A stretch of 64,000 nt of DNA from Octopus vulgaris (GCA_951406725.2 OX597822.1:95480001-95544000); one strand, 5' to 3'; positions 39,814-54,602 are shown, numbered from the stretch's first letter. Made by a program: numbers and translations. The notes: generated by a model not told the origin, from the letters alone.

Positions 39814-41341
39814 ACAAGAAGAAAATATAAGGTAATGTGGTACTGTGTATGAATTGCGCCCAGGTAAAAAAAAACAAAAAAAAACAGAAATGCCTTCAAT
39901 CAAGGATTTGTTGGATCAGCATGGAGCTGGGATTAATAAACAAGTGGACGAGAAAAACAAGAAATTAAAAAATGTAAAATAAAAGGACAGACATCGAGGG
40001 CTTTCGTAATATCTCAGAGAACACAAGTCCGAAAAATTTGCGGAAGGAAGGGTATAAGATTTAACCAACATTCAGTCCTTGATTAGGACATTTTGCATCG
40101 ATGCTGGAAGTATAAATGCAAAATGACACACAATAGGATTTGAACACAGTACATAGGGAAGGAGATTGTTAATCTCGTACCGTTTCTTGCCCCCTTGTTG
40201 CGTCTGTTCCCCCGGCCACACACTAACCACAGGTCTTTCTCCCCAGAATATTGGCATTCTGAAATCTTTTTAACGTCATTCCTGTAGGTATTGACCGACA
40301 ACAGCGTAAAGTAACATTAACAGTATAAAACTCATTTGATCTGAGAGAATCTGCAACGTTAATGCGCATTATTCCTTCCTCTAGATTCGGCAATTAGAAA
40401 TAGAACATTGTGATTTATTTTTTAATGGCTTCGTCCGTAAAATCTCAACATTTATAGCAACTTTGAGAGGGGCGAATTAGTCCTCAGATGAATGAACCTG
40501 ACTTGAATACTTACAAAAGATTGGACTCTTCTTAACGAGACCACGGCTAAAGTCAAGAACAGGAACGGTCCTTCTGACTAACTTCTCACACAGTTTCCCT
40601 CTAGCAAATTAAATTTTCTAGGCTTTGTTTACTATGAAACCATGTTAGAATCACTTTTGGGATTGAATGTGAAAACGATGTCCGTCCAAAGCGAACGTCT
40701 AACCTCACATCCATCCCTGCGCTCTACCGATAGCAACAGTAAAGACTTATTGTGTAGCAGCGTTTACTTAGTTGTTTGATCTAGCAATTTAGCAAACTTA
40801 TCTCCGTTTTGTGCTCTACCATTTTAAAAACATGGAGTCCTAAGTAAATTACGGACGATAAGGCTGCAGCTGTAATACCAGAAGCTTACACTGTTTAAGT
40901 ACACGGAAGAAGAAAATTGAATCTCGGTATGATAACAAGTGAGCAGTTCATGTTCTTTTGATACAATATTGGAGTGGATGAACTGGGGAATTGAAGAAAG
41001 TGTAACGAGGGGAAAAAACCTCATTATTAACAGTAGAGTTAATGCTACGGCATTGGTTTCCGAGGGGACATCCCCACCACACACATTCCATATCAGCAGC
41101 GGAAACTCAAGTACACTTTAATTTATGAGTGTGTAAGAGATCTAGGAAAAGAAATTAGAATAATACCTTATCTGTTTGCTTGTATGGTGTAACCGACACA
41201 ATAATGCAACATGAACAAATATCTAAAAATAAGCAGCCAAAATCACTGACTTAGCAGAAAGTATGATTCCTCATTATATTTTAAAAATAAATTCTGTCAC
41301 TATATAAACAACGAAGAAGCACAAATATAGTGAACATATAT

Positions 41342-41501
41342 AGGAGTGGCTGTGTGGTAAGTAGCTTGCTTACGAATCACATGGTTCCGGGTTCAATCCC
41401 ACTGCGTGGCACCTTGGGCAATTGTCTTCTACTATAGCCTCGGGCCGACCAAAGCCTTGTGAGTGGATTTGGTAGACGGAAACTGAAAGAAGCCCGTCGT
41501 A

Positions 41502-41535
<34 letters not shown>

Positions 41536-41752
41536 CAAATGTGGTTGTGTATATGTTTGTGTGTCTGTGTTTGTCCCCCTAACATCGCTTGACAACCGAT
41601 GCTGGTGTGTGTACGTCACCGTAACCTAGCGGTTCGGCAAAAAGAATCCGATAGAATAAGTACTAGGCTTGCAAAAATAAGTCCTGGGGTCGATTTGCTC
41701 GACTAAAGGCGGTGCTCCAGCATGGCCACAGTCAAATGACTGAAACAACTAA
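41342..41752 (+). mobile_element. SINE family B
   Basis: Near full-length homology. Confidence 0.92.
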
Positions 41753-42489
41753 AGCAAAACTCAAAGCAAAAACAAAATGAAAATAAAACTTAGGTAAACT
41801 TCTTCAATCAACAGGGAATTCTTAAACAAAACTGATAGGCTATAAATAAATCTTTTTTTTTTTATCAAACTACCTTACCATAAAACATGTCTTCATTCAA
41901 ATAAATGTTATGTAAAATATTAGGCTTCAGCCGATTTGCATACAAACCACCTGAAACTTCAGTCTTAACTCCTGCGATATAAAACAAAGCTAACAAATAT
42001 ATGGTCGAAAGAAAAAAAACTACAAAAGCATGAGAATGGATTCGGAAGTGAATAAAATACGCTGACGATAAAAAAAAAACAAAACCAAACTTTGGAAAAG
42101 TCGATAAAAATGTTTGAAACCGAAATACTGAAGATAAATTAAGCAAGCCTAATCTCGTTAACATTATAAATGAATCCTTGATAGAAAAATGACTTCTGAT
42201 GCATATAAATAAGCAGATCACAAACACATCGTTGTCTTAAGTTATTTATAAGCAAAGCTGTTGGAAATTGTTTCAGCAAACACAATACACGGCACTAAAA
42301 TAAGAAAGCATTCACAGCTCATAAGACTACAGTCAATACACATAAATAGAAAACACACACGCACAAACAAACAAAACACACACACACACACACGCGCACG
42401 CACGTACATGTATATACATCTCTCTCTATCTATCCATCTCTGTCTGTCTGTTTCTCTCCTCTCACTTACACACTCACTCACTTTCCCTT

Positions 42490-42590
<101 letters not shown>

Positions 42591-42706
42591 TTGTAGGGAA
42601 AAGTGTATATAAAAACAATTTCACATTAAAGTAAAGGATCAATCAATACTTTTTACTAGAATGTATATATATATATATATATATATACATACATATATAT
42701 ATATAC

Positions 42707-42759
<53 letters not shown>

Positions 42760-42784
42760 TAAACACATGTATATATATATATAT

Positions 42785-42989
42785 CAACATGTGACCTCGT
42801 GAGCACCGCCAGCAATTTTTTTTCCTCTGTCTTCCCTTCTCGGGATCTTTCCTTCTCCTTTGTTTCCGACGAAGAGCTCCGCTCGAAACGTTAAACCCCC
42901 CTTCTTCCCTTCTTTCCTGAGCGTCCAATAATACTTTATTTGTTCCACGTCCTCGCGTTGCTGTGTTTTTTTGTGTTTTCCTGTTTGGA

Positions 42990-42992
<3 letters not shown>
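42785..42992 (+). mobile_element. Short (TA)n-flanked element with a minimal hammerhead (42862-42896)
   Basis: gttt-CCGACGA-agagc(tcc)gctc-GAAA-cg-TT-aaac. Second copy at 54673-54861. Confidence 0.8.
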
Positions 42993-43036
<44 letters not shown>

Positions 43037-43228
43037 TAGAGAACAGTATTCTCTGTATAGAATACACTTCATAGTGCACAGGAGATTTTAACTTGAGCAG
43101 GTAAAGAGGTCAAAGGCAGGACAAGCAAGTCGATATACAAAATATACTTAAATACATTTAATACAAAATATGTACAAATGGACATATATAATAAAGTCCG
43201 GCTTACACAAAATAGAAAAAACTATCAA

Positions 43229-43390
43229 GGCGCAGGAGTGGCTGTGTGGTAAGTAGCTTGCTTACCAGCCACATGGTTCCGGGTTCAGTCCCACTGTGTG
43301 GCATCTTGGGCAAGTGTCTTCTGCTATAGCCCCGGGCCGACCAATGCCTTGTGAGTGGATTTGGTGGACGGAAACTGAAAGAAGCCTGTC

Positions 43391-43422
<32 letters not shown>

Positions 43423-43641
43423 GTGTGTGCTTGTGTGTCTGTGTTTGTCCATCTAGCATTGTTTGACAACCGATGCTGGTGTGTTTACGTCCCCGTCACT
43501 TAGCCGTTCGGCAAAAAGAGACCGATAGAATAAGTACTGGGCTTACAAAGAATAAGTCCCAGGGTCGATTTGCTCGACTAAAGGCGGTGCTCCAGCATGG
43601 CCGCAGTCAAATGACTGAAACAAGTAAAAGAGATAAAAGAG
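43229..43641 (+). mobile_element. SINE family B
   Basis: Full-length homology. Confidence 0.93.
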
Positions 43642-43675
43642 AAAAATTAAAGGGGTTGAGTAGAAGTTTTATGAG

Positions 43676-43775
43676 TCCTACAGCTGTTTCGGGGGGGGGG
43701 GGCTTGGTGGTCCAAAATAATGATTGCGAGTAACTTGATTCCATCATCGGAGAACAAGAGCTCCGTCTTCAGGGA
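43676..43775 (-). ncRNA. Hammerhead-like motif with a long stem/loop II
   Basis: Reverse strand tcc-CTGAAGA-cggag...(~70 nt)...cccc-GAAA-cagctg-TA-gga. Stem III is palindromic. Confidence 0.6.
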
Positions 43776-43947
43776 AGTATTTTACATCTGAGCTGTTGAC
43801 AGAATGGAGTTTAAAGATGGAATTTAAAAATTCCATCTGTAAACTCTGTTCCATATTTTTTGCATATCGATTTGCTTAACCTGCTTGTCCTTACATTTAC
43901 TCTCCACTCTCTCTTTCTTTCTCTCTCGCTCTTTCTCTCTCTCTCTT

Positions 43948-43980
<33 letters not shown>

Positions 43981-44013
43981 TTCTTTCTCTCTTTCTCTTT
44001 TTATCTCTCTCTT

Positions 44014-44092
<79 letters not shown>

Positions 44093-44146
44093 CAACTATT
44101 TCTAGTAAGTTCAGTATGTGGCAAAGTAATTTATTTTACTAAGCCC

Positions 44147-44197
<51 letters not shown>

Positions 44198-44205
<8 letters not shown>

Positions 44206-44525
44206 ATCACGTGACCGACCAGACCCTCAGATGTCACTACACATCGCTGGTCACAATGCGTTCGCATTGTTTTAGCCTTCGAATGACGCCACCCTGCTGG
44301 CGAAGCGAGTAGGCCAATGTATATATATTTGTTTGTTTACATTTATACACACATGGTTGTATGGTTGTTATATATATCTATATATATATATATATATACT
44401 CTTTACTCTTTTACTTGTTTCAGTCATATGACTGCGGCTATGCTGGAGCACCGCCTTTAATCTAGTAACTCGACCCCGGGACTTATTCTTTTGTAAGCCC
44501 AGTACTTATTCTATCGGTCTCTTTT
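44198..44525 (-). mobile_element. 3' fragments of SINE tail E (44198-44318) and SINE B (44398-44525) in (TA)n
   Basis: tcacgtgatcacgtgaccgacc terminus and (actctttt)n tail. Confidence 0.85.
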
Positions 44526-44789
44526 GCCGAACCGCTAAGTAACGGTAGATATATGTATGTATGTGAGTGAGTGTCCTACAATTCTCAGTCATCAGCTTAT
44601 GAAAGATCGCATATAGGATTGTGAAGGACATAGGTCTTCGCAGCAAAGCCTTATATATTAAATAATTTAATGAAGATATCTTCGTTTTAGTCTCTGAATT
44701 CACCAATTAGCGCTATAAATAAAAGAGAAAATGTGTAGGTGTCATGGGACCACCCTCTCTAATTCCATTCATGACATTATTTGGCTAAG

Positions 44790-45700
44790 ATAGGGTACCA
44801 CCAACATTTACCCAGGCATCAATGTTATGAATAACATTATGTTATCAAAAATTGATCTAAGTAGCCAAAGTTGATCAGGATCTACTATAACGCTTCTCTG
44901 TTGAACTTGTCAAGGGCCTTTGACATGTCCACAAAAACTTGAAACAAGTTTTGGCATTGCTTGTAACAGTTCTCTTGGACCTGACGAACAGTAAAGATCA
45001 CATCATCTGCGTTTCTGTTGGGTCTGAAACCGCGTTATGTTTACGGCAAAATCAAGTTTGCTATATTCTTATTCTATCTTGATAGGATGATTGAGGCCAG
45101 TATATTTCTTGCAGCAAAAAGTAGTAATATTACACTATAATTCCCGCAGTCCTCTCGTAAAGCTTTGTTTTTATATAATGATATTACTATAACTTCTTTC
45201 CAGTCCTTTCGTATTTTACTGGCTCTCCGGGTTTCCAGAGTTAGATCATACGTAACATTTGTTAATCTTACAACGTAAAATTTACTCATCTCTTTTCCAT
45301 CAACTTTTCCATCAACGTTTCTTCGACTAAGTTTCTTAATACCGATTTGTACTTCCTCTGCTAAGTGGGAATTAAGGGAGTAACTGACTAGCCCTTCTTT
45401 AATATTTTTATATAGGCAGGGTCTACTTGGGATTATTTCGCCACTCACCGAGATGTTTATTCTTTTAGACTACCTTCCTAGATTTAAGAGGGGATCTATG
45501 ATCGTAGATTTCAGCCCAAAGATTTGACTTAACAAACTATAAAACACCTATGTGATTTTCGCATCAGCTGCTATTTGCATGTCAGTTGCCTCTCTCGACC
45601 ACCAGTTTTGCTATGTAATCCGCAGAGTTCTTTGAACTGAGGTTTTTGCACGCATGAAATTTTGCTACGTATATAATATGACATTTTGCTGCGTATGTAA
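44790..45700 (-). mobile_element. RTE-clade LINE RT remnant
   Basis: DWKEVIVISLYKNKALREDCGNYS...ILASIIL, then GFRPNR and FVDMSKALD-like RT motifs. Confidence 0.85.
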
Positions 45701-46066
45701 TTTCATGAGAGTAGTTTGTGCATCTGGAAAATGCAGCTTTCCAACATTTGGATGTGTTGGGAGTTGGGTTGTACCGAATATCTCAAACTTACAATTCAGA
45801 CACAGATGATATTATGTCACAAATTAAGTGGTACCACGATCCTGCCGATGGCATTTAATTTACCACGTGATTGTCCGCAAAGGAGATACGCAGAATGTCT
45901 GCAATGTTCGTTCTCTGCACAGTGCTGAATGGAGGCCTGACCATACTTTGGTAAGACCCAAACTATACTTGGTAATAAAACTGGCTGCCAGAATTCATAA
46001 TACAATGTATATACATCCATACATTCATACTTACATATGCATATGCATATACATACATACATACAT

Positions 46067-46158
<92 letters not shown>

Positions 46159-46429
46159 TGTATATAAATAAATGGGGCAGGCAACAGGTTGCTTGGCCGC
46201 ATACCGAAAAATTAGAAATAGCAGTCAAGGCTGTTTATTTCTATTTTCTACAAGTGGGACTCCACACACGACATATCCCTGTAATTCACATCTGCAAAAC
46301 AGAAGGAATAAATAACGAAAACAAAGTCTGGCAGTTATTTGCGAACATCATGTTTCTGGATTATAAACATATTGAATATATATTTCATATATATTTTTAA
46401 TATATATTTCATATACATTGCATATATAC

Positions 46430-46722
46430 TTCACATCCGTCATCGGCGCAACTCTCCATTGAAATAGATTTATCAAATGCTACGTACCTCGAACCTTCTG
46501 ATCATGCGACATCAAAAGAGTTGAAGAAAGCGAGCATGGGCTAAACCTAAATAGACAGTTGAATTCGTAAATCTTCCCTCCAAAATTTTGCCATGCGCAT
46601 TACAAAAATAGTTCCTTAGAGGTAGAAACTATGAGTTGTCGTAGGGGTGTCATGAGCCTCAAAAAGAAAATAACAAAACATGGTACAAGACTTCAAGGCT
46701 CAACTTTTCATACACCCCTCGT
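46430..46722 (+). mobile_element. Mariner 3' fragment
   Basis: YLEPSD (compare SPDLAPSDY) and a terminal aacttttcatacacccctcgt mariner-like TIR. Confidence 0.55.
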
Positions 46723-46723
46723 G

Positions 46724-46788
<65 letters not shown>

Positions 46789-47431
46789 GCATATATATAT
46801 ATGTATGTACATATATATATATATATATATACATATACATCTATATATATCTAGATTTTGCATGTATATACATTTATGTGTGTGTGTATGTATGTATGTA
46901 TGTATGCATGTATGTATGTATGTATGTATGGATGGATGGATGGATGGATGGATAGATGAATGGAATGATAGATTGCAAAAGTTTGTCGTAGACGCCGACG
47001 TTTTGATGGAGTTGGCATCTTCAGACTATAACTTCTCTAGTCTTAGATACTGGCAATATGTTCGTGTTTGACTTGTGGGCGATGTAATACAGTGCGTGCG
47101 ATGTCAGCATAGTTTATAAAGTAATATCTTTCAGAAGTAAAAAAAAAAGAAAGAAAAATAATGATTGTAAAGTTTGAATTATAAAAACATATTATAGATG
47201 ATTTTTGAGAGGAAGGATAATAAAAATAAAAAATAAATGAAACTAAATTTGAGCTAAAATGTCTGAATGCATGAAAAACTTGTAAAAAGAGAAGGAAGCG
47301 GACGAAGGTAAATAGTAGTAGTAATGATGATGATGATGATAATACATATAATAACAATAGTAACAACAATAAAAATAATGATCAATAACAAAGCAATGAT
47401 GATGATGATAATGATGATGATGAGGACGATG

Positions 47432-47462
<31 letters not shown>

Positions 47463-47591
47463 GGATGATGATAATAAGTGGGGAAGGAAGAAGAAGAGTA
47501 ATAAGAAAAGAAGAATGAAGACGAAAAATGAAGAAGAAGAAGAGGAGAAGAAAAAGAAGAAGAAGAAGAAGAAGAAGAAGAAGAAGAAGAA

Positions 47592-47623
<32 letters not shown>

Positions 47624-47804
47624 AAAGGTTCTTCCAGTTTTTATCCATTCAAAAGAGCTTAGCTCAAATTCAGTATAGTTTTTTTCTCTTATTCATCTAC
47701 TCGATAACCGAAAAAGAATTCTCAACATCATCATCATCATCATCATCATCATCGTCGTTGTCGTCGTCGTCGTCGTCATGGCTGTTGTTGTTGTTATTAT
47801 TATT

Positions 47805-48352
47805 ATTGAATGAGAGAGCAGTGCATGCCATCAAAATGACACTGGGGTAAAATATATAAAACCAAGTATACCCATCATGACTACCCGTCTGATAAGGGTA
47901 CACCAGGCTCATGCATCACAGCATATGTCCGCGATATGGTAATCTCATATCAAGATAAACAGCACATGACCTTGCAGGTGGGGCCCAGTTACAATTTTCA
48001 TCAGGTGGAGTAGCCCATCATGCTCAAAAGGTCCTTGAACAAGAATGTTGAACGGAACACCCATGTTTCCAGAGGTGAATTGTCCAAACCACAAAGAATT
48101 CCTCTCGACACATGGCTATGTTGCTCCCCCATTACTTCTGCTCGTGATCGACGATGCACATATCGTCAGCCTCTAAGGGACATGCTCAACTGGTTAAGGT
48201 CAAACAACTGACAAGCAAATTTGTGGTATTGAGCAGAATATTTGCTGTAGCCCATCTTTTATACCAAGACAAAACAACGTACATGATAACACTTTCAATC
48301 AGTTAAGATCAGAAGCCATGAGAGCCACTACCTGGTACTGCTTCAGGGCATT
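47805..48352 (-). mobile_element. Family F (TAA)n-embedded element
   Basis: Homologous to 12818-13348. Confidence 0.85.
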
Positions 48353-48380
48353 TACTGCATCAGACCATTTATTATTATTA

Positions 48381-48445
<65 letters not shown>

Positions 48446-48451
48446 TTTTTT

Positions 48452-48935
48452 ACTTTTAATCTGCATGTTTGTTACAATCATACCCAGAATCCTAGGATAA
48501 GAGATGTTACAGTATGGCTGACAACTTGGGGAGAGCAGGTGACAGGAGCAGGAGTGAAATATATACATGTAATACAGCACATTTAAATTGATAGGATTTT
48601 TCTAAGGATGTGCGCAGTACATGTCAGCCCAATTTTTTAGATTTCTTTGAGACATGCTTGTCCTGGGATACTGTCTAGACGTTTCTGACTTCCCTTTCTT
48701 ATCATACCTAGGGCACTCAAAATAATAGGAACACTTCTCCCTTTAAGATGTCACATCTTTTGCATTTCAATTTCCAGGTTCTTATATTGAATTAATTTAT
48801 CAAATTCCTTTACATATATATTTTTATCCGTCAGAACACTTGTGCCTATTTGGGTGCAACTATTTTCTTCACTGTCCTTAATGACTATTTCTGGACAATT
48901 AGCCTTGATATTTCTGTCGCTTTTCACTGGAATTC
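48452..48935 (-). mobile_element. R4/Dong LINE 3' end
   Basis: DRNIKANCPEIVIKD...KEFDKLIQYKNLEIEMQKM. The 3' UTR is homologous to 28140-28305. Confidence 0.85.
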
Positions 48936-49338
48936 TTCCATTATTATTATTATTATTATTATAATTTTCTATCCAACTTTTCTTTACTTTAAAATCTATG
49001 ATTTTATAGACCCTGCATACATTGAACTCATTACATTCCACTAAGAATGTTAACCAAAACATTTGACTAGTAGAAAATACTTAAGAAACAGCAGCGTAAG
49101 GAAGCCAGTTCTCGACGAAATCCCTGCCAAATTCTTGTTCCGAAAAATAAATTATGTAATCTAATGGGCTGTTTCTTTAATTAATGTTTGACTCTTTTTA
49201 TGTTTCATTCTTCATAAAATATGCAAGCATATACATACATAAACGTACATTTGCACACACAGACACACAAGCATACATACACACATATGTATACATGAAT
49301 ATATGCTTGTATATTATTTTCGTATATATATATATATA

Positions 49339-49413
<75 letters not shown>

Positions 49414-49496
49414 GCAAACCTCCCTCTCTCTCTTTTTCTCTTTCTCTCTCTTTTACTATCTCTCCATATTCATATATGTATATGTATGTATATATA

Positions 49497-52043
49497 CAGT
49501 GGTGCCTAGATTTACGATTTTAATCCGTACCGTGACGGAGCTCGTAACGCAAATTATTCGTATGTCCAATCAATTTTCCCCATCGAAATGAATTGAAATG
49601 CCATTAATCCGTTCCCCGCCCCACCAGAAAAACACCCCAATTCTTTTTGTTACAGATTTTTAAATAAGAAAAATGCACTTACAAATAACGAATATTGTAT
49701 AAAAAAAAACAATACAATAGAATGTAGTGTAATAGACAGGTTTTATTAAGTACTAGCAGTATCACCCGGCGTTGCTCGGGTTTGTAAGGGAAATAACTAT
49801 ATAAGCATTTTTTTAGAGAGTTATAGCCAGAAAATAGCAAAAAATGCATTAAAAATGGAAAAAAAATGATGGTAAATTTTTTTTTAAATCGTTGACTCAT
49901 CGTAGACATTTTTAGAGAGTTACTTCCCTTATATAATAGCAAAAAATGCATTAAAATGGAAAAAAATGATGGTAATTTTTTTTTAAATCGTTGACTCATC
50001 GTAGACATTTTTAGAGAGTTACTTCCCTTATATAATAGCGAAAAAAATGCATTAAAATGGAAAAAAATAACGGTAAATTAAAAAATTTTTTTAAATAATC
50101 GTAGACTCATCGTAGACGCGCGCTAATACCCAGAAGGGCTCGATATGAATCACGACTATAAGATACCCGGTTTTGGTTAAACTGCACCGCAAAATGTGGG
50201 AGTAGTTAGGAATCTAAATCGAAGGGGACAGACACTCACACAACTACAGTTTTATATATAAAGATAATGTGCAACATTTGCCTTGGACATCAGACGACTT
50301 GATGCTGACGGAGGTAGAGGAGAAAGGCTCTACTGAATAACTGACGCTTCGGGTTCAAGTCTTTCAAAGTACGTTTCACTTTCATCTGCAGGCCACGGGT
50401 TCTTCCACGCAGAGGTCTGTCCTCATTGTAACACCCTGCCAGGCCATATCGATAATTCTGAGGCATATCACGATGTTATCGCACGTCCAGTTGCAACTTG
50501 TTCTGGGTGTTTCTTTTGAACAAAGTCTGAATGCTTTTCACACAACCCCAACATTTCTTTTATCACATTGTAGAGATAACCTCTTCTGCTTCCACCGCGT
50601 CATCTATTTCCTGCAAAATCTCCGTGTGCTGCTGCTTTAGTAACTCCTTTAGCTCTTCTGTTGTCAGTTCCTCAGAATGATCCTCGATGAGCTTGGTGAT
50701 GTCATCTTCATCCATGTCCAGGCTCATGGACTTGTCGAGGGTACAATCTTTCCACCACTGCCGCTTCGGGTTCAAGTCTTTCAAAGTACGTTTCAGACAT
50801 AATCTCAGGCCACGGGTTCTTCCACGCAGAGGTCAATGTCCTCATTGTAACACCCTGCCAGGCCATATCGATAATTCTGAGGCATATCACGATGTTATAG
50901 TGGTCCTTCCAGAACTTTCGAAGGGTGAAGTCTGTGCTCTCTGTCACCTCAGAGCAGCGGCGGAACAGGTACTTGGTGAAATTAGAAATCATCTGCTGGT
51001 CCATGAGCTGCAGGGTAGGGGCGGTGTTGGGTGGAAGGTAGAGAACCTTTATAAACTTGAACTTTTCGAGGATGTCATTCCTTGGAGTTTAGATGGGTGA
51101 GCAGGTGCCAGTGTCACAGTTGCGAGAAGGATGTATCCTTGCAGGCTGGTAGATTATTTTCCGGCAAGAGTTCTTAGGTAATCATCATCTGCCTTCATAT
51201 CCGTGCTCGCTGCCTCACCATGCCTGATAAAGGAGTGAATGCCGGTCCTCTTTTTAAAATTCTCAAACCAGCCCGACTGACTTGAAACGATTCATCCAAT
51301 GCCTCGTTAGGGCAAGTGCCTGGGGGGAGGTCTGCTGCAGAATCTTCCTTGGCATCGTCTTCTAATAAAGCACTGCCTCGTCACAGTTGCTGAAGATTAT
51401 AGCCTCCGTCACGGTATCTCGTGCGAGCTGCTTCTCTCTTAATCATACCAGTAGCTTCTCCATATTTTCATGGATAGATGACCGCTGTTTAGAAATTATT
51501 TTAACGCTCTTGATGGGCGTTATAGCCTTTATCGACTCCTGTTTCAGTATAGTGCAGATCATAGAAGTGCTACGCCAAATCGGCTACACGCATACCTTGG
51601 TCATGTCTTTCCATAATTTCTTTCCTTAACCCAATACACATCATCCGCCTATTCTTGCCAGCACTCCTTCACATTCACTTTCTTCGGATCCATGGTTGGA
51701 AAAACAAAATTTTACAAAATAATTGCGAGCACAACACTTATGCTTCTGTAGCTTGCAACGACTAAGTAAGCATTTTATCACCTGTCTAGCTAACGATCCA
51801 CCAACGATCTTCGCACTTGCTAACGTGCATGTCTGTCTAGCTATAGAGTGAGACACGGGATGCTGGGCAGATGTTATGGCGTTCACTGTGACGTTCGCTA
51901 CGACAACTAGCGGCGGGAGTGTATCTAAAGCTGGCTCGTAGCCCTAATTTTAGCTCGCAACCCGAAGCAAAATAATCGGCCGAGAGACGGCTCGTGTATA
52001 GAAAACTCGTTAGTTCGGACACTCGTAAGAAAAGGTACCAATG
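49497..52043 (-). mobile_element. Tigger (pogo) DNA transposon, inactivated
   Basis: TIRs cagtggtgcctagatttacg / cgtaagaaaaggtaccaatg with TA flanks. TIGD1-like remnants MDQQMISNF...TLRKFWKDHYNIVICLRIIDMAWQGV; start MDPKKV at ~51693. Confidence 0.88.
49753..50264 (-). mobile_element. Non-autonomous Helitron nested in the Tigger element
   Basis: Reverse strand 5' A|TCTTTATATATAAAA ... hairpin cccgagcaacgccggg ... CTAG|T. About three internal ~98-bp tandem units (49806-50115). Confidence 0.85.
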
Positions 52044-52064
52044 TACATACACACGCGCGCACAT

Positions 52065-52126
<62 letters not shown>

Positions 52127-52242
52127 ATATATTTTGTTTTTCCAACCATGGGTCCGAAGAAAGTGAATGTGAAGGAGTGCTGGCAAGAAGAGGCGGTTGA
52201 TGTGTATTGGGTTAAGGAAAGAAATTATGGAAAGACATGACC

Positions 52243-52476
52243 AAGGCGGCGAGCTGGCAGAACCGTTAGCACGCCGGGCGAAATGCGTAGCCGTATTTCG
52301 TCTACCGTTACGTTCCGAGTTCAAATTCCGCCGAGGTCGACTTTGCCTTTCATCCTTTCGGGGTCGATAAATTAAGTACTAGTTACGTACTAGGGTCGAT
52401 ATAATCGACTTAAATTCGTTTGTCTGTTCTTGTTTGTCCCCTCTATGTTTAGCCCCTTGTGGGTAGTAAAGAAACA
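52243..52476 (+). mobile_element. SINE family C
   Basis: Full-length homology. Confidence 0.92.
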
Positions 52477-54602
52477 TATATGTGTGTATGTATATAACTT
52501 TTGTTATTGTCACTTAGAAACAAAATGAATATTTTCTACAATGTGTTCGCGTTATTCTTCTTCCATTTTCCTTAATATATACCTACACACACATGCATGC
52601 ACACACACGCACACACACGTACACACATATTCATACACTCATGCACATACACGCACACAACTGTGCGTGTTTCTATACCTCTAAATTTACAATAGTTGTA
52701 ATGTTATTTAACCCGTCTAAAAGTGCGGAGTCGAATTAAAACGAAGTCTGTCGCACCAGGAGAGATTCCACCTGTCTTGACATGTGCACAGAATGAAGTA
52801 TCCGTGTCCAACCTCTAAATGTGTACGGAACACTTTGCTACTTAATGCTATACACAATCGAAAAACTTTCAATAGAATATAAAATATTAAAGAATTAGTT
52901 TTAATGGTCAATGCACAGCAGTAATATAACAATACACCGATGATATTACAATAATTTATCGAATGAGATCGTTAACTTTCTACAGGGTCCTCACCTACAA
53001 AATCACCCAATAAATCTTCTTTCATATCTTCATTGACCATTACTCTTCTAGCAGATACACGCACAAGAACATTCTCAAAGACTACACAATGAATCAATGA
53101 ATTTGCAAAGTAACCAGAAAAAAAATTGATTCAGTGAAATGATTTCCTCACCTCTTCAGGAAAATCAAAAATCAAAAATCAAGACCCCCAAATTCACTGA
53201 TTTCGTTATCAACTTTCATATTTTCTATAAATAGATTATTTAGATGCTTTTAAGGAAATCATTTTGGGAGACAATACAAAAAAAAAAAAAAAACAGAAAC
53301 CAAAGCAACTATATTGCTGATGTGATACAAACATAGGGCAACCTTGGACCAGACTTTGCACCATTAAACATAAAAATGGTGAAATAAATGATCCAAAGAT
53401 CGCTTTAAATTATGCAAGAAAAAGAAATCAAAGGAAAGCTACAAGTGTGGCAATATTTTATATTCACCATTAAACAGAACACTGATCGTTAAAACATTAT
53501 AGAAAACCATTAACAACATGAATGTCTTTATCTGTTCCTTGATTTTATCCTATGGCACGATAACGACATCAAAAGATATATGCACGTATATGCAACAATG
53601 ATTTTTATCATGCATTACATACTATACATAATAATTAATTGAACAATTGATAACATCTTTCCTTAACCTGGAATCTTTTGTTTTAAAAGAAAACAATAGA
53701 CGAAAGTTCAAAAATTATTGTACTAAGAAATGTAATAGTCTCCTACCAGTACATGAATGGTTAGGAAATCACAATACTTTATTATATTTTACTGTGTCTG
53801 CTGGAACTAACAAATAATAATACCGAATAGCAGAGCTTTTTACATTCCTCTACATGCCATCCAAATACTTGATAAATAGGAAAATCCTTTCAAATGTCTC
53901 CATTAAGCTACACAGTTTTTTTCTTATCATACTGTTCAATGACACTCTCTATACTCTTAATTTATTTTCAATGTTACATGATCTCGGGCAAAAAACACAT
54001 AGCATAACACATTATCCCAAGCCGCAATCACTGCCTAATGAAGGTTTCAATTTTCTTCCCCTCCAGCTATCAATGAAAATGTTATTCCCGTTAAACAAAC
54101 AAATCACTGATGTATTGAACTCACAGGAGTAAACAACATAATGTCTGACCAGCGATTTTTCGGAGCTCTATAATGAATCAGTGTCTCCATTTTGGTGCTG
54201 TCCACAGTGCTCTATCGTATTCATTTAAAAATATACATGCGTTCCAATCTAAATTCTCTTTTATGCCATTTTTTCATTCACACACACACTATCTTTGCTG
54301 TAATTACTTTTGAATATGAAATGAATTTAACAGTTGCATTAAACAGGTATTTGGGAGCATGCATTAACATGAAATTGTGATGGAAGATTTTAACTCTAGA
54401 TCGCTTTAAAATAGGAAGCTTTGCATTATAGAATGAGTTAAAGATTTTTGCCTACTAAAACAAACCCGATATCTCGACTATTTTTACATTTTTGAATACT
54501 AGTAGAAATTCTATAAAGAAGACTAAACTTTGCAGTATAAATTCTTCATTCGTTCTATGTACACTAGTTACCATAGACAAAAAAACCTATTCTTGACAGA
54601 GC

